Assembly (NCBI GenBank): GCA_009859145.1 | Contig: VRVR01000036.1 | Location: 200,956-264,955, forward strand | Direction: 5' to 3' | DNA: 64,000 bases | Origin: Andalucia godoyi And28 | Taxonomy: Eukaryota > Protista > Jakobida | Part shown: piece after piece, positions 19,185 to 28,431 of the stretch | How positions within the stretch are numbered: position 1 is the stretch's first letter | How the letters are laid out: every line of letters begins with the position of its first letter | The notes under the pieces: model-generated | What the model was told of the DNA's origin: nothing | The model's database searches: none | Seen by the model: the letters and a program-made list of their open reading frames with translations, nothing else | Translations under genes and position numbers: made by a program

Positions 19185-22100
19185 ATGAGTGGAGACGAGT
19201 CGGAGCAAGTGGGGCTTGCGAGGAGCAGATCCGTGCGATTTTCGCTTCCTGGGAACACGCCTGCATCGTCCTCAATGAGAAATCCGAGTAGTGCGCGAAG
19301 AGGCTCCACAGGACCATCCACTTCGAACGTTCTGCTTGTGGATGATGCGAGAGACGAGGAAGGCGGAGCGGACGTGGATGAAGGAGATGATAGTTACGGG
19401 GGCGACGAAGGAGTGGAAATGGGGCTGGACGCGGAAGATGCGAATGAGAGGGCAGAAAACGCAGCGGTTTACACAAGAGATCTGAACCCTGAGCTAGAGT
19501 TCTTGAGAGGCGCATTTGATGCTTTGTTTCTGGATGCGCTGCGGAGGGATGAAGACTATGCTCTGGAGAAGCTGGACACGGCAATCGATGAGTGTGCGCA
19601 AAAAAGGGCGTTCAAGATTGTCGGAAGGCCACCTTTGGTGGCACGGCTCACGGTTCTCGGGCTGTCTACTTCGGTCGCGCTTCAGAGCCGAGTAGCGCAT
19701 CTCTGGGCAATGGGATCTCGAGATGAGCTGAACTGCAACATCATGTGCGAGGCCGCGGGTCTCATGAATCTCGCTGTGCGGTTCCTGTACTCGAATGACC
19801 TGTCGACAGTCACTTACATTACTGAATTTTGGGCGAACGTAGCAGGCGTCCCGACTGCGAAGTCATACATTACTCTCGAATCTTTGGACCGAATAGTGGC
19901 ATTCCTGTGCATTCCAGACGCCGCAATTCGAAAGTCCGCTTCTCTGTGCACGGCAACACTGTCTTCCGATCCAAAGTTCGTTCAAATGCTGTGCGATTGC
20001 AAGTCGGTTCCCAAGCTGATTGCAGTAGCGCGATACGGCCACCAGCTGGCACCCTACGGATGGGGCGCTACGAGGCTGGCAAGGATGAGACACAGAGATG
20101 GAGGCCGAAAGTTTGCATCAGTCGATGCTCAGTACAACGCTTTGCACACGCTGGCGAACATGTGTTCAGACGACAACGTGAGACTGGATATCTGCAAAAA
20201 CTACGGCATGCTCCCCATCCTTGCCATCGGTCAGTACGGAGATGTGGAAGGCAAGATCTTCGCCCTGAGAATCTTGAAAAAACTAGCCGAGTCACCCGTC
20301 CTTCACAGCCTGTTCATCTCCACGGGCGCAATCCCGATTCTCATTCGCATCACAGAAAGGTACTCGGACTTCTATGACCCAAAAGCTCCCAAAGAAAAGA
20401 GTGCCCTTGAATTAGAACAGATGCTGATGCACACCCAGCTGGAGTCCGTAACAAAACCACAGTTGTTTATCGAAACCGAAAACAGGCCGCGGACTGCAGA
20501 ATCTTCAGTGTCCGCAACCACCCGATCCTCCACTCTTTCCATTGGCGCCTCCAAGAACGAAAGCGCAGCAGCCGCAGAAGAGCGCCACAACCGAAAGAAT
20601 GTCGCATACGAAGCTTTCATGTGCCTCCGCTTCTTGTGCTCGGACGCCGAGTGTCTGGAAGACATGAACAAGGCCGGTTTTTTGGAATTCCTCCTGAAGC
20701 GGTCTGTCAAGGCCCTTGCAGAAGCATCGCCCACAGTCTTCGAAGTGCTCGCAAATATGTGTTCGCGTTATGACAATGTGCGAAAAATTGCCCTTCGACG
20801 GGGACTGATGGCGGCTCTGATACAGCACATTAAGAGAGGATACGAAGATGAGACGCTCAACCTTCTGTTTGACCACAACATCCGAGTCGAACACCACCGG
20901 CTGCTGAGAAGACGAGACTTGCTTCTCGACACATTCTCGCAGATTGTCCGCTGTTTGTCGAGTCTGATGGAAAGTTCCAATGGACCGGAAACCCTGCTGA
21001 AGTGTTTGCGACCCAAGAATGAGAAGCAGGGTCTGCGAAAATCTTTTGCACTGAAACGAAAGCAGAAACGTCTGACCTCTATCGAAGACTCTCCTCCCAG
21101 CAGCCCAGGGTCTCCCGCCGGGTCTCCTGGCATCCTTGGCTTGGACGGCAGCCAGTTTGAATTCTTCTTCAATCCAGTGTTTTCGTTCCTGGATTTGGGC
21201 TTCGGCCAGTCTGATTCCTTTTTGGGAAAGCAGGAGCTGCTGGAAACGCTGCGTGGACAAACGATGCTCGTAATCGCCCATCTGACGGACATTGAATCAG
21301 TTCAAGACATATTAATTGACAAGTATTCGCTTGTAGATCGCGTCGTCCAGTACTGTCTCGTCCAGCAGTCCGAGGTCCAGTACGCGTGCTGCAGATCGCT
21401 TTCGAATCTTGCTCTTGTCCGAGAGGATGTCCGACTTCGCGTTGCGCAGCTGCAGGGGCTTGCTCCCGTCGTCGGAGCCCTTCGTTCGCCAGACCAACTT
21501 ACGCAAATTGAAGCCGCGCGATGCCTGGTGAACTTTTCCATTTCCGACGACTGCCGAAAGACAATCACGGACCTGTCGGCCTTCGCTTCCATGCTGCGAG
21601 TAGCCGCTGGTCCATCTGCCTCGGAAGAATTCCGCTACCAGGTTATTCTGGCACTTCGAAATTACTCTGTTCTGCCAGAAAACCAAAGAGCTGTTGTTGA
21701 GCAGCAGTGTGTGCCCTTCTTGCTTACCAGGCTGAAACAGGATACCCATCGGGATGCCATCTTGATCCAGATCGTGTCCACCTTCATGAACTTGGCTTCA
21801 TCCGCTACTCCAAATCTGAAAGTCGTCGATAATCTTTGCAAGAATGATTCGTCTGCTCTTGAGATGGTGATGAAGGACCCCCACGAAGGGTGGGTCATGG
21901 TGAGGGATATCCTGGTCAAAGAAGGGATATTCGAAGCGATTGCAGATTCTTTGTCGTGCGTGCATCTGTCATCTGCAGACATTCAGTTCCTTTCCATGTG
22001 TGCTGATGTTGTGGCGCAGATTCTGGCAGAGCCGCGCATGGATCTTTATGCGGCGAATCTGAGCCGAGATTCGGTGTCCTGGGTGAGCAACCGCGCAGCC

Positions 22101-25100
22101 AAGCTGTCCCAGGAGCACCGCTTGCGTCTTTCCGGTACTCCCCTGCTGGAAATTCTCGTCTCGATGCTCCGGCATTCCCATCGCGGAGTGCAGGTATCCG
22201 TCGCCTCCGCACTTGCAAATGCATCGTCTGAAGAGGAGTGCCGTGATCAGATTCTGCGAATCGCTGGTGCAAGTCTGCTGGTCAATGAAGGAATTGAATC
22301 CGGACACAGGAGACTGAAGATCCACTGCCTCCGGATGGTGCAAAACATGGCCATCCAACCCGAAAATCGCGGGGAGCTCGTGCGCTGCGGAGTGATCCAG
22401 TCGTGTTCTTCCATTCTGTACGATTGCCTGTACTTCCTTGATACTCTTCCAGAAAGATTTGAAAAACGAGTCGCGGACTTGGAGCGGACAAAGTCCGCCG
22501 CTGGGGACAACGCGTCTGTGAACTTTCGAGACTGGCTTACCGATGAAAAAACAGAGGAGGAATTGATCTGGACCCTGTCCACCCTGCGAAACATCTCTCT
22601 TTCTCCAGAATTCCACTATGACATTGTCAAAGCAGGTTGCTTGTCACCTCTGTTCAAAATACTGAAGAGAGTCCGTTCGAGATCGCTGATCCTGCTGGGA
22701 TTGTCTGTTTTGTCGAATGTCAGCCAAACCGAGGGCTCGCACAAAATCCTCCTTGAAAATCTTCCGTGCCTCTCTCTCGTCGAATACTGCCTGTGTCCGT
22801 TTGAGTCCAGTGTTGTGTCCTCCGCGAGCACGCTTGCAACAGCCGAGAAACAGAAAAGGAAGAAGAAGACGAAGAAGAAGAAGGAGGAAAAGAGCAAAAA
22901 GATCGTGGTGGAAGAGGAGGAGTTCGCCATCGCGAGGGATGTCCTTGCGGCCATTGCAAGGTCGGAGAGGGACAATTCTCTTGAATGGATCCCATCCACG
23001 TTATCACAAGTGTCTTTAAAGCAGTTGTATGTTCACAACACCCTGGCTTCCGAAAGAAGCTTCCTCCAGAGAGAGAGCATACGAGTGCTCGCCAATCTCG
23101 TCCGGTTTCCAAACGCGCGAAAGAAAATCCTGCGGTCTTCCTTGTGCATTTCCGCGATTGCAACCATGGTTTCTGCCGGCAGTGATGTCTCGCGGTATCC
23201 GAGATTCCACCGAAGCGATGTATCGCCACTGGTGTTCGAAACGCCTCCTGCAGACCGAATGGCAAATCTGCTGAACCTGCAAGTACGATCGATGCTCGTT
23301 GTTGCGGAGGCAGTCAATTTCCTTGGTTCCCTGGCGTCTCAGATATCATCCTCACCCCCTGCGTCTGCGACGGTAGAGGACAGTACACCAGACGGAGAAA
23401 TGTCCGATGATACGCTCTTCTTTGACATTCTCCTTCGCACGCCCTCGAGTTTTCCGCATTCCCCGCCATCACCCTACCCGCTACCGCTGCATGTGAGTTC
23501 CAGTGACACGAACCAGCTGGAGGTGCCAGAGCAGCAGCAACACTCTGAGTTTGCCGATTCCCCGAGGAATTCTGCGGTCACTGCATCCAGCGAGCCGGGT
23601 TCCCCAGCTGTGATTCAGGAGCTGGACAGTGACTCTCAGCTGGGCTTCTCTCCACGTTCCACAACCTCTCCCAGCTCCGCGACACCCCGCTCTGCTCTTT
23701 TTCCAGAGGACTCTGGAGGTGATGACCTCTTCTTGACGGCGACAAGCATCTTCAACGCGGTCGTTTCCACTCTTTGCGATGACGAGCTACTTGTTGTCCG
23801 AGCTGGCTGTCAGGCAGTGTATCGTTTGGCGGTAGACGCCTTCTCATGCGATGCACTGGCAATGTGCGGGTGCTGGGACTTGATTATGGATCTCCTGAGA
23901 GCAGAAGACGTTATCTTGTCGAAATCTGCGAGCAGTGCGCTTCAAGAAATGCAAGAGACCGTGATGAGCATTGAGAGAGAGAAGGTTCGGAACACAGAAT
24001 CTGTCGGCCGTTCCGGAGTGGAAATGGAAGAGGACGAAAGTGAGATGGAGAACATGCCAGTTTCTTTTATTTGGGCGTTGTGCCATTCAGCTGATCCGCG
24101 TCTGGAGTCCCGGGCGGCATCAGTTTTTGAAATTTGGTCGTCTAAACTGACCCTTGGGAAGTCCTTGGCTTCCGTCTTTGGATCAGAATCGGGTGAAGAA
24201 GCTGCGGTGTCCATTTCAGAGGCGTCCAAAACAGCTTTTCCGTCTTCACCAAATCTGCACTCTCCCAGTGCATTATCGCCCGCTTCCCAGTCTCCACCGG
24301 GATGGTCACCCAGATCGGTTTCCTCATCCCCGTCCAACGCCGCCAACCATTCTCCCGATGGGAGCCCGCTGCATAGCGGCAGCGTCGAAATGCGCCCGAC
24401 CGCTGACGGGCCGTCTCCAGGAGCAACTGAGATCTCAGCAACGCCGCCGCAAGCGCAAAGCAAGACGAAAAGCGAGCCTTCCTCATTTCCGTTCGTTCTG
24501 CCCGATAATGATGCATTCTATGACAAATTCGTTCGATCCGGGGCTCTCCGATCCTGTTTCGAATTGGCAATGGAAGGCCAGAGTCTGGAAGACCGTCTGA
24601 AATGTCTTCGCTGCGTGCTGAAAGTAATTTCTGCAGAAGAAACCTTCTGGAAGGAGTTCGCACTCTTGTACAAGAAGATGCAAGAGGACAAGACTGCAGA
24701 GAAGAAGAAACGGCAGACGAAACGGTCGCAAAAACTCCAGAAAGAAAGAAGAGAGTACCGCCATCTTCTCGATACTTTGAAAAGGCGCGCGGCAAAGGAA
24801 CGATATTTGACTGTCCACGGAATCTCCAAGCTGCTGAATGCATTTGTGCAGCACTGTGCTCATGCTTGGCAGGTAGGCACGGACGACGAAATCGAACTTC
24901 AGAGCATGGTGCTTGTGAAACTGCTGCACATCTTGCCCGACCGCCTTCTTCCGACGTGGGATACCGAGCGAGTAGAGGTCCGTCCGATAGAGACTGTACG
25001 AACAGTTGCATTCGACCAAGACCTCGCTCTCGAACATCTGTCCTATCTGATTCCGGACGCCGAGTCGGCCACCGTCTATTCCAGGAACGAGTCAAAGTGT

Positions 25101-28100
25101 CTCGCTATGATGCTTTCTCTGATCAAGGAAAAGACAGCAACGACTGCCGCCATTGCATGCTCTCAGTTTCTTGTTTTCTTATGCGAGCGGTGTTTGAAGA
25201 AAGCGGACGACTTTGCAAAGTCGCTGATGAACTACGTGGCAGAGCTTCTTCCACCTGTTTTCGAAAAGGTGCTTTCCTCACACACTAGGCAGCATACCAG
25301 CAGAGCTCCCGAGGTCGTGGTGGACGCAGAAATGAAACCGAGTGGTATTTCACTATCGGTTCCTGGATTTCACGATACAAAGCACCACTTTTCCATGCAA
25401 GTGGCGAAGAACATTTCATCCGTTACTTCTGCGTTGTTCAGGTATTGTTCGAATTGTTGGGTGGAAAGCGAGCGCTCCTTTTCGTTATCCGACTGGGAAA
25501 ATCTTCGGGTGGCTTGGGCATCTCTGAAGTGGGGACTAGTGCACCAGGTCTTGTCTTTTGTGCATTCCGTCGATCACTCTGAGATTCGCAGACGGCTACG
25601 CGACGTTCTCTGTCTCGCAGCTGCGCTTGGAAAATCCGCATCTGCTATGACGTGGTCGCAGTCGCACTTTTGGAACTGGAGTCTCGCAAAGGAATTGCTG
25701 TCCACGAACGTCGCAGAGAAGCTGAAGCACACTCTTGTTCTCGAGTACGACATTCCAGAGAAAGCTGTCAACTGGAACGACCCGTCTGGAAATTGTGCTG
25801 CATTCGTGCGCGGTGTCCGATACTTGTCTGATTCGCAAGAAGTTTGGCAGCATGTACTCCTGTGTGCAGGCGAAATGTCCTCAGTCAGCGGAGAAGTTGC
25901 TCTGGCATTTTGCAGCGAGTGGGGATCCAGTCTTTCCCATTCTAAGCACAAAGACCCTTCCTGGAGTCTCATTTCAGTCATGTTGCAGAGTTTCTCTGTC
26001 TATGCCTTTCAATTCTTCTCTCTCGCTTGCCAGATGGGACCTCTACTGCACAGATTTCTTGTTTCGTCGCGTGTCTGTGATACAATTGTGGGCAATATTT
26101 TGAAAAGGAGACAGCTGGACGAGATTCAGCTGTGGAGACGCAGTTTTGATTTTTGCCGCGAACTTCATGTGGCCTTGCCAGAACAAATGCGTGAAGAAGA
26201 ACTGGCAGAAGGAACGCTCATATCGCTCCGGCAGCAGGCCCTGCGATTCACCTTCACGCTCATTTCTGAAGGGGTGATGCTTGATCGAACTCTAGATGAC
26301 AAGATGGCGGTGTCCATCGCGCAATCAGGCGTCCTGCATCTTGCCGCCGCAAGCGCAAACTGCGGACTCTGGCTGTCTGCACAAGAACGCAGCAACCTCT
26401 CTGTTGATTCTTTGGTCGATGTCCGCGTCTTCTCCTACGCGATACTTCAGCACATCATACATCCACATCCTCGGTGCATCCAAAAGAGAATTGAGCAGCG
26501 CACCTTGCAGGGCCGCGACGTGCTGTACGGCATGTTTGAAAGGCAAAACAACGAGTCTGCGGACACACACACGCGACTGGCAGAAGCACACCAAGCGTTT
26601 GCCAACAGGATACTGATCGAAGCATCTGGTGACTTGTCGTTGTTTGCATCCCTGTTGCACACGGCATTCGGCTGCCATCCTCGTACATTTGATCCCACGT
26701 TCGAAGGGGTGAAGAGACTGCCGGAATGGGAAAGAGAGATGGCCGCGAATGCTGCGCCAACCGATATGGACCCGAATGAAATTCCTTTGGGTGAAATTGC
26801 AGATCACTTTGACGAGGCCTCGCTGGTGTTTTCAGAAGCAGACATTCTCAACGGTTCACCCCTTTTTCTGACGCGACAAGGCGGAAGAGGCAGCTCGAAG
26901 AAACGATTCATCTTCCATTCCGAGAACGTCGCGTTTCTGTTTCTGAGCCTCGCAGATGATTTAGTCTCTCATCCTGTGGTCACCGCCGCCCTGACAGCCG
27001 CCATGCTTGCCAACCCAACCAAAGTTCTGGCTCCTCTGGATTCTCCGCAGTTTGCGACAGCAGTTTCCGGGCTGCTGCATTACGGATCGCTTCGCTGTCG
27101 AGGCTTGGTGCTTCGCTCTTTGCAATGCTTGGCGAGATTCGACGCATTTCAGCGATGGTCCGTGTCTTTCAAACTGGTAGACATCATGCTTCGCGAGGTG
27201 AACTATCCCAGGCATGTACCGGGAAAGGACCGAAAAAAGGCCCCTGATTCTTCGGAGCATGCTGCCGTGGTTGTCAGGACCGTTTCTCCGATCAGCCAGT
27301 TGGAAATTCTGTCCGCACCGTACTTGCAGGCTCTTGTCTGCGATGACATCGAAGCAGCTATTGGGCTTTCCTTGATGCTTAGCCAGAACGAAATCGTGCT
27401 GTTCGACATGTTCCGTGAGGATCGAGTCGTTCGTCTGATTAAACAGTTCGCCCTCAATTCGCAGGCCTCGGGACGCATCGCGGAGCTTCATTCCGTCTCT
27501 GAAAATGAGCTTTTGATCCGAGAGAAAAACTACACATACAACTTCCAGCTGATGCTGCGGTTCCTCCTTAGGATCAGCGAACTCCATTCTCGATGCGGTT
27601 ATGTAGTTTCCCATGTCACGGACATTGTCTTTCAGCTGGCCGGCATGATCTTCACGTTTGTGTCTGAAAACATGGATGCCCGATCAGCCATGACCTCCTC
27701 TCGATCGAAACTCAGTTTAGACAGCTCGCGATCCGATCGATCCAGCAGGGTCCATGATCGTGTCAAAAACATCAAGTCTTCCCGCGACCGGCAGCAGCCG
27801 GAGCCGCGCATACCGGATGCTGCTGTCGAGAATCTTTCGGACGAAGAAAAATGCGTTGTAACTGCTCTGAAAATACTCTGCAACCTGTCCACAGCAGACG
27901 ACTCGAAGGGCGTGCTGCTCAGTCAGCTGGAGGAAATCTACGAGAAGGATGCATTCCGGTTGTTTCGCTGCGTTGTGCAACTAATGGGATCTCGACGAAG
28001 AAGTCTGGCACGTGAGGCATTCAAATTTGCCTCCACATGGATACTGACATCCAGCGTTCAAAGGACGTCGAGCACCAACGCGAATGCCCAAATCAAAGTC

Positions 28101-28286
28101 AAGCGATGGTTTTCTTTCGAGGCACTGTCGGAAACACTGGAACACATTGAAGATTACATCGCGCAACACAGCCCTGGTGAAGAGGAAGTCATTGGACTGC
28201 AGAACATGCGAGAGGTGCTCGACGCTTATGCGACGGCAGTTGGTGCTCGCCAGCTTCCACAGACAGTGCTTGCCGAAGACTCTTGA
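19185..28286 (+). CDS. Giant armadillo-repeat protein (about 3,030 aa, single exon)
   Basis: Uninterrupted 9.1-kb ORF with many ARM-like units (e.g. VQYACCRSLSNLALVREDVRLRVAQLQGLAPVVGAL; QIEAARCLVNFS; LIWTLSTLRNISLSPEFHYDIVKAGCLSPLF). First ATG is 19185; 19179 is a GTG. Confidence 0.85.
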   Translation: MSGDESEQVGLARSRSVRFSLPGNTPASSSMRNPSSARRGSTGPSTSNVLLVDDARDEEGGADVDEGDDSYGGDEGVEMGLDAEDANERAENAAVYTRDLNPELEFLRGAFDALFLDALRRDEDYALEKLDTAIDECAQKRAFKIVGRPPLVARLTVLGLSTSVALQSRVAHLWAMGSRDELNCNIMCEAAGLMNLAVRFLYSNDLSTVTYITEFWANVAGVPTAKSYITLESLDRIVAFLCIPDAAIRKSASLCTATLSSDPKFVQMLCDCKSVPKLIAVARYGHQLAPYGWGATRLARMRHRDGGRKFASVDAQYNALHTLANMCSDDNVRLDICKNYGMLPILAIGQYGDVEGKIFALRILKKLAESPVLHSLFISTGAIPILIRITERYSDFYDPKAPKEKSALELEQMLMHTQLESVTKPQLFIETENRPRTAESSVSATTRSSTLSIGASKNESAAAAEERHNRKNVAYEAFMCLRFLCSDAECLEDMNKAGFLEFLLKRSVKALAEASPTVFEVLANMCSRYDNVRKIALRRGLMAALIQHIKRGYEDETLNLLFDHNIRVEHHRLLRRRDLLLDTFSQIVRCLSSLMESSNGPETLLKCLRPKNEKQGLRKSFALKRKQKRLTSIEDSPPSSPGSPAGSPGILGLDGSQFEFFFNPVFSFLDLGFGQSDSFLGKQELLETLRGQTMLVIAHLTDIESVQDILIDKYSLVDRVVQYCLVQQSEVQYACCRSLSNLALVREDVRLRVAQLQGLAPVVGALRSPDQLTQIEAARCLVNFSISDDCRKTITDLSAFASMLRVAAGPSASEEFRYQVILALRNYSVLPENQRAVVEQQCVPFLLTRLKQDTHRDAILIQIVSTFMNLASSATPNLKVVDNLCKNDSSALEMVMKDPHEGWVMVRDILVKEGIFEAIADSLSCVHLSSADIQFLSMCADVVAQILAEPRMDLYAANLSRDSVSWVSNRAAKLSQEHRLRLSGTPLLEILVSMLRHSHRGVQVSVASALANASSEEECRDQILRIAGASLLVNEGIESGHRRLKIHCLRMVQNMAIQPENRGELVRCGVIQSCSSILYDCLYFLDTLPERFEKRVADLERTKSAAGDNASVNFRDWLTDEKTEEELIWTLSTLRNISLSPEFHYDIVKAGCLSPLFKILKRVRSRSLILLGLSVLSNVSQTEGSHKILLENLPCLSLVEYCLCPFESSVVSSASTLATAEKQKRKKKTKKKKEEKSKKIVVEEEEFAIARDVLAAIARSERDNSLEWIPSTLSQVSLKQLYVHNTLASERSFLQRESIRVLANLVRFPNARKKILRSSLCISAIATMVSAGSDVSRYPRFHRSDVSPLVFETPPADRMANLLNLQVRSMLVVAEAVNFLGSLASQISSSPPASATVEDSTPDGEMSDDTLFFDILLRTPSSFPHSPPSPYPLPLHVSSSDTNQLEVPEQQQHSEFADSPRNSAVTASSEPGSPAVIQELDSDSQLGFSPRSTTSPSSATPRSALFPEDSGGDDLFLTATSIFNAVVSTLCDDELLVVRAGCQAVYRLAVDAFSCDALAMCGCWDLIMDLLRAEDVILSKSASSALQEMQETVMSIEREKVRNTESVGRSGVEMEEDESEMENMPVSFIWALCHSADPRLESRAASVFEIWSSKLTLGKSLASVFGSESGEEAAVSISEASKTAFPSSPNLHSPSALSPASQSPPGWSPRSVSSSPSNAANHSPDGSPLHSGSVEMRPTADGPSPGATEISATPPQAQSKTKSEPSSFPFVLPDNDAFYDKFVRSGALRSCFELAMEGQSLEDRLKCLRCVLKVISAEETFWKEFALLYKKMQEDKTAEKKKRQTKRSQKLQKERREYRHLLDTLKRRAAKERYLTVHGISKLLNAFVQHCAHAWQVGTDDEIELQSMVLVKLLHILPDRLLPTWDTERVEVRPIETVRTVAFDQDLALEHLSYLIPDAESATVYSRNESKCLAMMLSLIKEKTATTAAIACSQFLVFLCERCLKKADDFAKSLMNYVAELLPPVFEKVLSSHTRQHTSRAPEVVVDAEMKPSGISLSVPGFHDTKHHFSMQVAKNISSVTSALFRYCSNCWVESERSFSLSDWENLRVAWASLKWGLVHQVLSFVHSVDHSEIRRRLRDVLCLAAALGKSASAMTWSQSHFWNWSLAKELLSTNVAEKLKHTLVLEYDIPEKAVNWNDPSGNCAAFVRGVRYLSDSQEVWQHVLLCAGEMSSVSGEVALAFCSEWGSSLSHSKHKDPSWSLISVMLQSFSVYAFQFFSLACQMGPLLHRFLVSSRVCDTIVGNILKRRQLDEIQLWRRSFDFCRELHVALPEQMREEELAEGTLISLRQQALRFTFTLISEGVMLDRTLDDKMAVSIAQSGVLHLAAASANCGLWLSAQERSNLSVDSLVDVRVFSYAILQHIIHPHPRCIQKRIEQRTLQGRDVLYGMFERQNNESADTHTRLAEAHQAFANRILIEASGDLSLFASLLHTAFGCHPRTFDPTFEGVKRLPEWEREMAANAAPTDMDPNEIPLGEIADHFDEASLVFSEADILNGSPLFLTRQGGRGSSKKRFIFHSENVAFLFLSLADDLVSHPVVTAALTAAMLANPTKVLAPLDSPQFATAVSGLLHYGSLRCRGLVLRSLQCLARFDAFQRWSVSFKLVDIMLREVNYPRHVPGKDRKKAPDSSEHAAVVVRTVSPISQLEILSAPYLQALVCDDIEAAIGLSLMLSQNEIVLFDMFREDRVVRLIKQFALNSQASGRIAELHSVSENELLIREKNYTYNFQLMLRFLLRISELHSRCGYVVSHVTDIVFQLAGMIFTFVSENMDARSAMTSSRSKLSLDSSRSDRSSRVHDRVKNIKSSRDRQQPEPRIPDAAVENLSDEEKCVVTALKILCNLSTADDSKGVLLSQLEEIYEKDAFRLFRCVVQLMGSRRRSLAREAFKFASTWILTSSVQRTSSTNANAQIKVKRWFSFEALSETLEHIEDYIAQHSPGEEEVIGLQNMREVLDAYATAVGARQLPQTVLAEDS

Positions 28287-28431
28287 TCTCCAGAACCATG
28301 GGAAACATGGTGCATGCGTGCGTGCAAGTTGGGTGTGTGCCAGGTTCGGCAATATGCACCAATATCGTTTTCCAGTCCTTTCATCGTTTCATTAAATTAC
28401 AATACTTACACTCACTCTTACACACGCTCTT

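Noticed and set aside
28401-28410. ATACTTAC resembling the U1 snRNA 5' end
   Set aside because: It is not followed by CTG or U1 stem-loops and lies in a convergent 3' UTR gap.
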